From a virus (Duplodnaviria > Caudoviricetes): 64,000 bases of DNA. Positions 18,333 through 27,599 of this stretch are shown here, one piece after another. The position numbers and the translations under genes are program-made. Within the stretch, counting starts at the first letter, position 1. The number at the start of each line of letters is the position of its first letter. The stretch lies in the IMG/VR virus record IMGVR_UViG_2565956520_000001. One strand, 5' to 3'. Under the pieces are notes generated by a model. The model was given only the letters and a program-made list of their open reading frames with translations, did no database searches and had not been told where the DNA came from.

Positions 18333-18659
18333 TTAAGCGTTAAGCTTCACCCGAACAGTTTCATCAGCATCAGCCGCAGAAGCGAAAGCGATTCCCGCTC
18401 TTACGTTATCAGGAGCCAAAACAGTGATAGCTCCATCCCCATCAAGGTAAACAACGGTCCCTTGCAAGATTTCCCCGGCGATCTTTGGAAACTCCCAAAC
18501 CTCTTCCGTTGCAAGTTCACCAATTGCGCCATCTGGAATATCTACAAGAGCGACACCCACCAAAACCCCGACAGGAACCGGAGAACCAGACAGAACATCC
18601 GCTCCGGTGCTGTTTGTCCATGTCATGGTTTTGCCAATCTGAACGTGATTACCAGCCAT
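18333..18659 (-). CDS. DUF2190-like capsid-associated protein
   Basis: N.VQ.G.T......GADV.SG..V.VG...GVA..DI..G..G......V...PK pattern, following the capsid gene. Confidence 0.75.
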   Translation of the reverse strand: MAGNHVQIGKTMTWTNSTGADVLSGSPVPVGVLVGVALVDIPDGAIGELATEEVWEFPKIAGEILQGTVVYLDGDGAITVLAPDNVRAGIAFASAADADETVRVKLNA

Positions 18660-18670
18660 GTTAATTCTCC

Positions 18671-20758
18671 TTATTTACCGGGGTTCTTCTGGAATCCGCG
18701 ATGATCCATAAGCCCTGCACCAGCTTCGAGACGAACCTTTATTTTAAGGCCGTCTGAATCAAAATCAGGCTCTTCATCAACAAATGGGGATTCAATACCG
18801 TCAAGGAATGCCACTTCAATAGTATCCACCTGTGCAGGATCACCGATCAGATAATGTGCATCGACATCAAAATCATCAAGACGAGGTTCGGAAATAGGTT
18901 GGAGCTTTCCGGCCCAAGGATTGTGAACACCGGAAGACATATTTGCATCTGGCAGAGCCGCAGAACGGATAAGAACTTCTGCTTCGGTTTCCTGTGCGAC
19001 TGGAGTCAGTAGAAAGCGTGGACGCAAATCAAGACGCGCCCCATTCGGACCTTTCTGCATACGCATAGACTTACGACCAGCATTCAAAGTGGCAGCAGAA
19101 ACACGCCCCTTAACAGTGGCTTCAAGGTTGTTATGCTTTGCATGGAATAGGTTGTAATTGTCGCTCATTTTAGGATTGGAAAGCAGCAAACCATAAACAA
19201 TATCCGCAACTTTGCGGGCCGAAGCATTACCGAACAGTTGCGGAATACGGGTGAAGACTCGTAGATCATCATTAACCAGCATTTCACGGGTAAGGCGCAC
19301 GTTTTTGCCATAACGGGCAATGCGGTAGCTTTCCATGGAATCCTTGAATGATCCTGTCTTGTATTCACCGTGTTCGTTGATAAGTTCCAGATCAGGAGCT
19401 TCGGACAGACTCACACCGTGGATTTCTTTAAAATCATTGGCGGGGATGATGTTCACCCAAGGCCGCCAAGTTGCCGGAGCTTCTGCATAAGCTTTAAGCA
19501 ACACTTTGTTAGTTATTGCCGCAAAGATTGACGGAAAATCACTTGTGGATGCTCCGAATTGCTGAGGCCTAAGAACCTGCGATGCAAGTTTTGACTGGGA
19601 CATTCCACGGGTTGAAACACCGCTTCTTTCCAGAATATCCCTTGCAAGATCGGTAAGACGCATCACTCTGAAATCTTCATAGCCCGGTGCGGGTTTTTCT
19701 TCGGTTATTCCAGCGCGGAAAAGCATTCCAGATACAGCGGCATCATGAAGCTTTTCACCCTCAGTACGTCCGGCAAAAATATGACCGGAAGGTGCAAGTG
19801 GCTGGTGCTGGGAACTTAGTTCCGACAGGATCAGCTTATTCAAATCACTTGCCCCTTTTCCGCCATCAACCAGCTTTTTGCGGAAATCAGCAGATAGCCC
19901 GAACATGGTAACCTGATCATCAATAAAATTAATGCGCTGGCGTTCAGCTAGGGCAACTTCCTGTTCGTTAACTAACGGTGGTTGAGGCGTAGCACTTTGA
20001 TTCGCAGGTGCTTGCGGGGTTTGAGCTTGTGCGGGATCTACTTTCGGAGCACCATCCGCGCTCAACCATGCAGGTGCATCTTCAAGGTTATTCAGGGCTT
20101 CGTAATCTAGTCCCATTTCTTTTAATAAGGTGCGGGCAGAGTCCTCAGTGACATTTTCAAGGCCATTAGCCCGCAGGAAAAGTTTCAACCATTTCTTCAT
20201 GACCGATTCCTCCGGTTTAGGTTTTGGCCGTTCATTCATCGCCACGGCCTCGGTATCTCCATCCGCGCCAAGAACGCAGAAGGATGTTTCACGCACAAAC
20301 GACTTGCGCCACACATATAAAGGTCCAACAAGCTCTTCACCGTTAACGGTAACGGTTGCACCTACTTTTACTTCTTCAACAGCTTCAGGCCACACCCCTA
20401 TGGATGCTTGCCACGGAAATTTCTGGTCAGAGAGTTTAATGACTTCCTTCGCATCGTCCGTATCCAGAAAGAACCCTTCCAGCACCAAGCCGGATTCTTC
20501 CAGCTTGATAGAATCAGCAATGCCGATCTTCTTTTTAGGGTCATGTTCCTCAAGAATAGGAATGCGCTTTTCTGTACGGATGCCGGAAAGCTCAATGACA
20601 AAACGCATGAAACAACGCTGAACAATTGATCCGGTGTAACCGACAATATGAAAGCGGCGCGGCTTGCCTTCTTCCTGTTCTGATAGATTCAGCCCCGCAG
20701 TTAGTTGCAGTGGTGCATTCTCACTTTCTGCAAGGTTCAATGGGAAAATTTTATTCAC
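18671..20758 (-). CDS. Prohead protease - major capsid fusion protein
   Basis: N-terminal protease-like region (YTG, HD, WQASIG, RETSFCVLGAD), linker, then capsid region (STSDFP.I, Y.I..YGK...LTREM.VNDDL, EPDFDSDG.K.KVRL). Confidence 0.85.
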   Translation of the reverse strand: MNKIFPLNLAESENAPLQLTAGLNLSEQEEGKPRRFHIVGYTGSIVQRCFMRFVIELSGIRTEKRIPILEEHDPKKKIGIADSIKLEESGLVLEGFFLDTDDAKEVIKLSDQKFPWQASIGVWPEAVEEVKVGATVTVNGEELVGPLYVWRKSFVRETSFCVLGADGDTEAVAMNERPKPKPEESVMKKWLKLFLRANGLENVTEDSARTLLKEMGLDYEALNNLEDAPAWLSADGAPKVDPAQAQTPQAPANQSATPQPPLVNEQEVALAERQRINFIDDQVTMFGLSADFRKKLVDGGKGASDLNKLILSELSSQHQPLAPSGHIFAGRTEGEKLHDAAVSGMLFRAGITEEKPAPGYEDFRVMRLTDLARDILERSGVSTRGMSQSKLASQVLRPQQFGASTSDFPSIFAAITNKVLLKAYAEAPATWRPWVNIIPANDFKEIHGVSLSEAPDLELINEHGEYKTGSFKDSMESYRIARYGKNVRLTREMLVNDDLRVFTRIPQLFGNASARKVADIVYGLLLSNPKMSDNYNLFHAKHNNLEATVKGRVSAATLNAGRKSMRMQKGPNGARLDLRPRFLLTPVAQETEAEVLIRSAALPDANMSSGVHNPWAGKLQPISEPRLDDFDVDAHYLIGDPAQVDTIEVAFLDGIESPFVDEEPDFDSDGLKIKVRLEAGAGLMDHRGFQKNPGK

Positions 20759-22214
20759 TTTTATTCTCCGTCATTTGCCATTTCTTGATGTCTTCATTTT
20801 CGCGCGCCAACTCTTCAACAACTTCATCGTAATCTTCGCCCCGCTCCGCGCATATTTTGCGACGGGTAGTACAGCCCATGCGGAGCATGAGGTCTGCGGA
20901 CTTGGCATCTTTCATAGGATCAACCCAAGGCCAGCCGGGGAACTGACAACTTGCCGGAACAACCGGACCAGTCATCAAAGGTTCAAGCCCGCCCAGCCAG
21001 AGCATCCGGCAGAACATTTTCCAAGTAGGCATAACGCCCTTACGACCTAGAAGATTTTGTTGAACGCGATAGCCGCGCCGTTCTTCCAGAGTGGCGGAAC
21101 GAGCGGACGCAAAGGAGGCATCTGAATAATCGTTTGAAAAAGCTTCGTAAGACATTCCGAAACCAGTAGAACTACCGCGCAAGCTTGTTTTCACATACGG
21201 CTCATAAGTCGGGCCGGGGTGCGTAAACTGGGCTTCATGAACCTTGGTTCCTTGCGGCAAGGTCACAATCTGCCCCGGTTCAACATAGTCGGGAATGTAC
21301 CCTTCCACGCCTTCGGCCTGATCACCCATTTCGCCGCCAAGCGGATTAACCATTTCTGCATAAGGTGTTTCAACGAAGAAACCGAAAGCCGCCATCAGCC
21401 GTGCAACAATACGGTGCGAGTCCTGAAATTCGCTGAAATCGCGCATTTCCATAACAACCGGAGCCATCCACGAAATGCCACGGTTCTGGCTGGAGCGAAT
21501 AGGCCGAAAAATATGACGCACCCACTGAGCCGAAACTCGAACAGATTCGCGGCTCATCAAGCGGCGCATATCGCCGGGGTGTTCGCTGAATAAATGATAA
21601 GCGACAGGATGCCCTTTACGGTTGAACTCAACGCCTCGCATGGCATAACCGCCACCCTCTAAAGGACCATCAACCGAGCTGTCCAAGTGATCGCATTCCA
21701 GAAGTTCAACGCCCAAAGGTGCAATACCAAGATCAAGTAAATCAGGATCAGGATAGAAACGGAGAAGGCATTCTCCGTCCTGCCAAAGGTGGTTCATAAT
21801 CAAACGCTGAATATCTTCAAAACCAACTTCGTCCGATTCCGCCCAGTCTTTCCAGTGCTGTTCGATTTTACGGTTAAAGGTGTGGTCAAGATCACCATCA
21901 GCATTGAGCTGTGCGGCCTGCGGTTTGATTCCAGTATAGATAACGTTGTTTGCTATGCGTTCCAGCGCACCGGAAACATGGGTAGAATTGCGAACCAGAT
22001 CACGCGCACGGGCCACAATCAAAGCATGTTCGTGTCTAGAAAGGTTATCGGCACTGCGGTTGGTTGGTCGCCAATTAGAATTGGGACCACGACGGGAAGC
22101 CGCAGAGTAAGCAGAAAGATTCGCACGGCTACGACACCAGCTTGCAGCAGCATCCGGCGAGACTGCACCGACACACTGAGCAACAAAGGAAGTCCAGCCA
22201 TTATAGACGTTCAT
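20751..22214 (-). CDS. Portal protein, lambda family
   Basis: ARARDLVRN, DGECL, GVEF...G.PVAYH, RGISW.APV and WVDP.KD motifs. Confidence 0.92.
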   Translation of the reverse strand: MNVYNGWTSFVAQCVGAVSPDAAASWCRSRANLSAYSAASRRGPNSNWRPTNRSADNLSRHEHALIVARARDLVRNSTHVSGALERIANNVIYTGIKPQAAQLNADGDLDHTFNRKIEQHWKDWAESDEVGFEDIQRLIMNHLWQDGECLLRFYPDPDLLDLGIAPLGVELLECDHLDSSVDGPLEGGGYAMRGVEFNRKGHPVAYHLFSEHPGDMRRLMSRESVRVSAQWVRHIFRPIRSSQNRGISWMAPVVMEMRDFSEFQDSHRIVARLMAAFGFFVETPYAEMVNPLGGEMGDQAEGVEGYIPDYVEPGQIVTLPQGTKVHEAQFTHPGPTYEPYVKTSLRGSSTGFGMSYEAFSNDYSDASFASARSATLEERRGYRVQQNLLGRKGVMPTWKMFCRMLWLGGLEPLMTGPVVPASCQFPGWPWVDPMKDAKSADLMLRMGCTTRRKICAERGEDYDEVVEELARENEDIKKWQMTENKSE

Positions 22215-22453
22215 TTACGCCCCCGAAACGAAGCACGGGCAATGAACCCCTTGCCGCCGTTACCAGCAAAGGCAAGGCGCATTTCCACTTTGTCACGCTC
22301 AGAATAAAGCGACTGCAAAGAACCACGGGTGAGAGTCCGACCATTCAAGGTATAGGACTGTGCGCCGCTTTCGATTGCTTCGATTGCCTTATTTAGAGAG
22401 TCCAGCCGTTTCTGGAGCATTAAAAAACCTCGATTATTATGGTTGTCCTTCAA
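22211..22453 (-). CDS. Head-tail adaptor (gpW-like)
   Basis: AI.AI.SGAQSYT.NGRTLTRG.L..L pattern, upstream of the portal. Confidence 0.75.
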   Translation of the reverse strand: MKDNHNNRGFLMLQKRLDSLNKAIEAIESGAQSYTLNGRTLTRGSLQSLYSERDKVEMRLAFAGNGGKGFIARASFRGRK

Positions 22454-22518
22454 GTTGGGACAATCATAACAATCGAGGTGGTTATTTTGGAATAGGGTTG
22501 TTTACTGGGGAGTAAAAT

Positions 22519-23346
22519 TTACTGAGAAGAATTTGTAAAAACAACTGAAGTTTTATTACTAATTGAGTAAGTTTTTAACTTCAACTCATTATGATAAAAA
22601 GCAGAAAACCACCATTTAATATCATTAAAATAACCAGTAAATGGTCTGTAATTTGTTTTTTGAACAATAGATGAAATATCTGAATAAAAAATGAACTCAA
22701 GTTTTGAAATATTATTATCATACACAATAACACCTTTCTCAAGAAACCTAATAACATAACGCTTTACAACTTTTTCATTCTTAAATTGTATCTCTATCTG
22801 CGATCCTAAATATTTCTTAACTTGATCAGCCTCAGTTACACCTGTAAAATACGACAGAGAAATTAATAAGAGTGAGAACTGAAGCATTATTATATATTTT
22901 TTTTTATTACCTATATTCCTTGGTCCAAACATGACAGCAAATGGCACAATTGCTAATGCAAATGTAAAAAACATTATCATATTAAATCTTCCACCAAACA
23001 AAACATAAAACATTACAGAGATAAGAAAAATTAAAATCATAAATTTAACAATGAACATTCCAGCCTTACTCTTATAGACCGAACCAGAATCGCCTTTTTT
23101 TTCAATTATTTTTGAAAAACATAACTCGGTAAACAAATATGTGAGGAAAGTCGCACCGAGGACAGCAATAATACTTAATGAACTCATTATAATATCAGAC
23201 ACATTCACAGGCCATAACGTAATAGACGTTCCCAACTCATTGTAGAAAGCAACTTCATGAACTAAAGCAAAAATAAAATATATAGTTAAAGAACTAAAAA
23301 GAGCTACAACAAACGTTTTCAAAATAGTGTCAGATTCATTTTCCAT
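22519..23346 (-). CDS. AT-rich moron: multi-pass membrane protein
   Basis: 275 aa with about five hydrophobic helices, inserted in the packaging module. Confidence 0.65.
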   Translation of the reverse strand: MENESDTILKTFVVALFSSLTIYFIFALVHEVAFYNELGTSITLWPVNVSDIIMSSLSIIAVLGATFLTYLFTELCFSKIIEKKGDSGSVYKSKAGMFIVKFMILIFLISVMFYVLFGGRFNMIMFFTFALAIVPFAVMFGPRNIGNKKKYIIMLQFSLLLISLSYFTGVTEADQVKKYLGSQIEIQFKNEKVVKRYVIRFLEKGVIVYDNNISKLEFIFYSDISSIVQKTNYRPFTGYFNDIKWWFSAFYHNELKLKTYSISNKTSVVFTNSSQ

Positions 23347-23418
23347 ATTACGACTCCATAAAAATTGAATAAGATTAGTGCAATTAGCTCACACCCACAC
23401 GCGGGTTTTCCATTTTAC

Positions 23419-23658
23419 TCACTTCCGCACCAACTCCAAAACCCCAGCAGGCTTACCCTTCCCCGCCTTCTTCCTCTGCTCCTGCGTCTCATACATACTA
23501 AAAGCCTCGGCCCCTTCTGAAATTGTCTTTTTAATCAAACCCAGCATAAAAGCTTCGCCATAACGGTGATCATCTTCTAGCTTTTCTTGCAAGTACTCAA
23601 GCGTACAGGCCGCAGACATCATATCCGAAACATGGTGACATAAATCATCTTTAAGCAT
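23419..23658 (-). CDS. Hypothetical protein, 79 aa (paralog of 2528-2767)
   Basis: DDLCHHVSDMMSAAC...KAGKGKPAG.LELVRK is shared with copy 1. Confidence 0.7.
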   Translation of the reverse strand: MLKDDLCHHVSDMMSAACTLEYLQEKLEDDHRYGEAFMLGLIKKTISEGAEAFSMYETQEQRKKAGKGKPAGVLELVRK

Positions 23659-24526
23659 GACGCACCTCCCCGCAAAGTCCCTGTTCCGCTTCTATCAGGG
23701 CATCATAAGCTAGGAGCATGGCTTGTCTTTCCGGCCTTGGGAGGCTGGACAGGTTTTTAAGCAGGAGTTCTTTTGCGGTGGCAATGCAGGATTCTGGAGA
23801 ATTCAGGCTGTAATCAGGATTTGCGGATGCAGGAAGCTCTAACGGTTCCGATCCTGCCGGAAGCGGATTGTATGGAGCAATGCCTAAGAGCATACGAGGC
23901 CGTTCTCCGTTCACCCGTGGGCGGGTTTCTTTAACGCTTCTAATCATGGCGTAAAGGTCACTAAAAAATCTTGCGCGGTGCACAGAACGGCATTGTGTGC
24001 GCTTGCAATAAATCTGGTAGCTTTCGTAAAGCTCAGTTTTTGAAACCCTGCCCCATGAGGCTACTTCGCAAGCTTCTTCAATAAAGGCATGCACTGAGTT
24101 GTCACGGATCAGGCAATCCGAGATTGCTTTTATAGTTTTATTTTCTAGCGGCCTGTTCCGCACACGTAGAAGTTCCTGCTCCATTGCATTGAAAGCTTCG
24201 ATATAGCGAATCTTCCATTGCATGGCTTTCTTTCCGGTGAAGCCCATTACTAGCAGGGTGAAGCCATCGCGAGTTATATTGTAAGCGGGAAGTTTGCGGC
24301 CTGTTCTGTCTACATATTCACTAACCTCAAAATTGAGGGCAGTGAAATCTTGAGGAACTTCTAGATTTTCAATAGTTCGTAAAACATTATCGTGCCGCTT
24401 ACCAAAATGCTCGGCAATTGTAAGAGACGAAACAACGGGCTTGCCATCAGAGATAACAAGCGTAGGGGAACCGACAACTGAACTGTTGTCAGAAGTGTTT
24501 GAATTGGCTAAGTTCTTTCCAGCCAT
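23651..24526 (-). CDS. rha: Rha-family regulator, second copy, with primase-like winged-helix domain
   Basis: Rha signature (AEHFGKRHDNVLR; TRDGFTLLVMGFTGKKAMQWKIRYIEAFNAME). GGAGG RBS before the ATG at 24526. Confidence 0.85.
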   Translation of the reverse strand: MAGKNLANSNTSDNSSVVGSPTLVISDGKPVVSSLTIAEHFGKRHDNVLRTIENLEVPQDFTALNFEVSEYVDRTGRKLPAYNITRDGFTLLVMGFTGKKAMQWKIRYIEAFNAMEQELLRVRNRPLENKTIKAISDCLIRDNSVHAFIEEACEVASWGRVSKTELYESYQIYCKRTQCRSVHRARFFSDLYAMIRSVKETRPRVNGERPRMLLGIAPYNPLPAGSEPLELPASANPDYSLNSPESCIATAKELLLKNLSSLPRPERQAMLLAYDALIEAEQGLCGEVRHA

Positions 24527-24607
24527 AACGCACCTCCTTTGAAGGTCGTTTGTGGTTAGGCTCGGTTCTGGTGTTGGTAGCACCTTTCCGGGCCGTTTTT
24601 ATTTAGG

Positions 24608-24769
24608 CTACTTTTCTTTCTTTTGCTTTTCTGCTTCGGCTATTCTTCTTTCCATTTCCTCTATGAATATCTCTTTAAAAGTTATTTCATGCTCCACGGC
24701 GTATAGTTTGTAACGCTTGTGGTCTGCCTTATCTAATCGAATAGAGACGGCTACTTTTTCTTTGATCAT
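24608..24769 (-). CDS. Small ribbon-helix-helix regulator, 53 aa, missing from the ORF track
   Basis: Manual translation MIKEKVAVSIRLDKADHKRYKLYAVEHEITFKEIFIEEMEKRIAEAEKQKKEK. Paralog of 1395-1559. Confidence 0.75.
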   Translation of the reverse strand: MIKEKVAVSIRLDKADHKRYKLYAVEHEITFKEIFIEEMERRIAEAEKQKKEK

Positions 24770-24933
24770 GTGAAGTTTGTACGTACGAGCGTTTAGAATG
24801 TCAAGTGGGGATTATATTTTGGAGGTGTAAAAATATAGCTACAGTTCAACCAATAATGTTTTTAGTTGTAAAATCATCTACGCTAAATTATAGACTAAAG
24901 AATTACGAATAAGGATTTAACTGGAGAAATTCA

Positions 24934-27342
24934 ATGAATATGCAGCTTGATACAACCGCGACACTACTTGATATATGCGATTCATTCTGGGACCAAGACT
25001 TTGAAGAAAAAGCTACGTTTCTTGATGTAGTTGATACGGCTACTTTTACCACTTTTGAAAAAAACTTAGCGACGTTAGTCAAGGCTCGCATTATAAGCAA
25101 AAGTAAAGGATACGATGTTGGTTTAGAATTTGTAGCAAAAATATCATCTCTTGACTCCACTTTTGCGTTCAATGATTTTTGGTGTAATGCACTCTTTGCA
25201 CTATCAAGATACGAAGAGATGCTTCCATATATAGAAAAATGTAAGACTCTTGCAAAAAGCGATAAACAGAAAAGTTATCATTCTGTGAACAAAGGTTTCT
25301 ACTATCAATATGTTGAAAAAGAAATCTATATGGCACTTGAATGCTATATTGAAGCAGCTAGGCTTTATCCAAACTATTGGGCACACAGTAATGCATACAC
25401 GATACTACTAGAAAAATATAATTATGATGAAGCGGAAAAGTTCCTAAATAAATGTAAAGAACTAGCATCGAGTGATTTAGAGAGAAGCAACTACGCTCTC
25501 AATAAAGGTCTTTATTGCGACCACGCAAATGATAACAGTGAAAAGGCATTGAAACACTATATACAGGCTGCAGAAAAACATCCTAACTTTTGGGCAAACA
25601 ACAATGCTTTCTTAAAACTAAGAGATAAAGGTGATTATAATAAAGCTGAAAAATACTTAAATAAATGTAAAAAATTATTTTCTAATGATAGAGAAAAAGG
25701 TGAATTCCAATACAACAGTGGTTCTTATTGCGAAAATAAAAATAAAGACACCGAAGCATTAAATTATTATATACAGTCCGCTAAAAAACATTCTAACTTT
25801 TGGGCTTCAAGCAAATTATTTAATATATATTTAGATAAAGGGGAATACACAGAAGCATTACTACATCTAAAAAAATCGAGTAAAATAGCTACAACGCGTA
25901 AAGAAAAAGAACATTTCCTCACCAATAAGGAGCATTGCATTTGGGAAATGCCACATGAAGAGTGGTTTTCCGCTAACTACTGTAGAGAATTTTCATCAAA
26001 AATGAACTTTTCATCAGAGATAGATGCTTTCACTCTTTTTCACCTACTTTACAGCAACAATTCCACATATCTTTTAAGTTATAGACTTATACGTGAGCAC
26101 CCAGAACTTTTAGCACATAGAGAATGGATTGAATTTAAAAAACGTCTTCTAAAAGGCCGTGGACAGCAACTAATCAAGCTACACGAAATTATTAGATCTA
26201 ATAAAAAACATTCTATTATTGATATAGCAACCCTTGGAATACTTAACTACTATGGCGGAGACCACTTCGTTGCAGAGAAATACTTTTCTTCGATCACCCC
26301 AAATAGTGGATTCTTAAATTTATCAACCTATTACATCATAAAATGTAGACAAGGTCAGAACAAAAAATATGATGATATCATTAGTAGATACTTAAAAAGA
26401 GACAATGCAAAATTATTTAGCAGCGATAGTGAAAATTACTACCGAGGAATGATTTTAATTTTAAACAATGATTTGAATAAAGCCCGCAAAACAGTTCCTA
26501 TAAATATAAGACATATCCCATCTTTACTTCTTTTGGCATACATATATGATCAGCTAAAAATGAATAATCAAAAAAACAAGTGTATAAATTTAATCCTTAG
26601 CCACGAAGTTATCAAACTACCTAAAAGTAGAATCGTAGGAAAAAGTTTATCCCAATTCCATAAACTTCCACATAAAACAAGCTTCAAAACATTTGAACAT
26701 TTACTATATTATATCAAACCATATGAATTGCATGAGCCGCTTAAAATGATTTATATAACCTCTAAAACGATTACAAGAAAAGAAAGCTGGTTTAGATTCA
26801 AGCATATATTTCAAAACTACACTTTCTATGAAGAATACCCACTTAACTTTAACTGTGGATTAGATTCTAAATTCGATCAATTGTGGGAAAAAATTGGAAA
26901 CGAAAAAACAAATATTGCTCAAAATATTTCAAAACTCACTGCATTAAACTGGCCTATTTACAGTTTATCCAAGATGTCTTCAGATGATTTAGAACAAAGA
27001 ATAGGCCTTTATATACAACATAATAAATACCCCTATGACGAGATAGAACTTGCGATCTCATCATTTTATATGATGAAGACACTATCATTTGAAGCAACAT
27101 TACGATTATATAGTTACCTTAAACTTAAAACAAACAGATTTATACTTACACCTCAACAAATAACGACTCTTTTAGCTGGATATTTAACACTAATGTATGG
27201 TGATACTTTTACACGCCCAATACAGGCCTTTTTAACAGTATCTCCTCTTATTGCTGACTATATAACATCTAAAAAAAATAACGAAATGACTTATGAAGAG
27301 TACCATAACTTAATATGTTCTAATAGCTCAATTTACAACTAA
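24934..27342 (+). CDS. AT-rich moron: TPR-repeat protein, 802 aa
   Basis: Three periodic units AL..YI.AA..(Y/H)(P/S)N(Y/F)WA...A...L.KC..L of about 70 aa. Oriented opposite to the late operon. Confidence 0.7.
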   Translation: MNMQLDTTATLLDICDSFWDQDFEEKATFLDVVDTATFTTFEKNLATLVKARIISKSKGYDVGLEFVAKISSLDSTFAFNDFWCNALFALSRYEEMLPYIEKCKTLAKSDKQKSYHSVNKGFYYQYVEKEIYMALECYIEAARLYPNYWAHSNAYTILLEKYNYDEAEKFLNKCKELASSDLERSNYALNKGLYCDHANDNSEKALKHYIQAAEKHPNFWANNNAFLKLRDKGDYNKAEKYLNKCKKLFSNDREKGEFQYNSGSYCENKNKDTEALNYYIQSAKKHSNFWASSKLFNIYLDKGEYTEALLHLKKSSKIATTRKEKEHFLTNKEHCIWEMPHEEWFSANYCREFSSKMNFSSEIDAFTLFHLLYSNNSTYLLSYRLIREHPELLAHREWIEFKKRLLKGRGQQLIKLHEIIRSNKKHSIIDIATLGILNYYGGDHFVAEKYFSSITPNSGFLNLSTYYIIKCRQGQNKKYDDIISRYLKRDNAKLFSSDSENYYRGMILILNNDLNKARKTVPINIRHIPSLLLLAYIYDQLKMNNQKNKCINLILSHEVIKLPKSRIVGKSLSQFHKLPHKTSFKTFEHLLYYIKPYELHEPLKMIYITSKTITRKESWFRFKHIFQNYTFYEEYPLNFNCGLDSKFDQLWEKIGNEKTNIAQNISKLTALNWPIYSLSKMSSDDLEQRIGLYIQHNKYPYDEIELAISSFYMMKTLSFEATLRLYSYLKLKTNRFILTPQQITTLLAGYLTLMYGDTFTRPIQAFLTVSPLIADYITSKKNNEMTYEEYHNLICSNSSIYN

Positions 27343-27364
27343 CCCTGCTCCGGCGGGGTTTTCT
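27341..27364 (+). terminator. Terminator after the TPR gene
   Basis: AACCCTGC-TCCG-GCGGGGTT hairpin followed by TTCT. Confidence 0.6.
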
Positions 27365-27599
27365 ATTCCCCCTGAATACTCTTAACCCCCTGCCCCATCT
27401 GAGCCAGCAAACAACCATGCTCCTTACACTTATGATACCGAATCTTAATCCCAGCATCCCACTTAGGCGATGAAGTAACCGGAATCCGCACAGCCCCGCA
27501 CCACGGACACACCGCGCCATCCTTCGGGCTGAATATCACGCCCTCTTTCGCTTTAGCCATTGCCGCCGCAATTAACTTGGCTGACATACTATCTACCAC
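27363..27599 (-). CDS. Ogr/Delta-like zinc-finger late activator
   Basis: CPWCG...V.SS......IRYHKC...C four-Cys pattern. Confidence 0.7.
   Translation of the reverse strand: MVDSMSAKLIAAAMAKAKEGVIFSPKDGAVCPWCGAVRIPVTSSPKWDAGIKIRYHKCKEHGCLLAQMGQGVKSIQGE

Noticed and set aside
5069-21593. Numerous plus-strand ORFs opposite the structural genes
   Set aside because: Antisense shadows of well-supported minus-strand genes, with no RBS or motifs.
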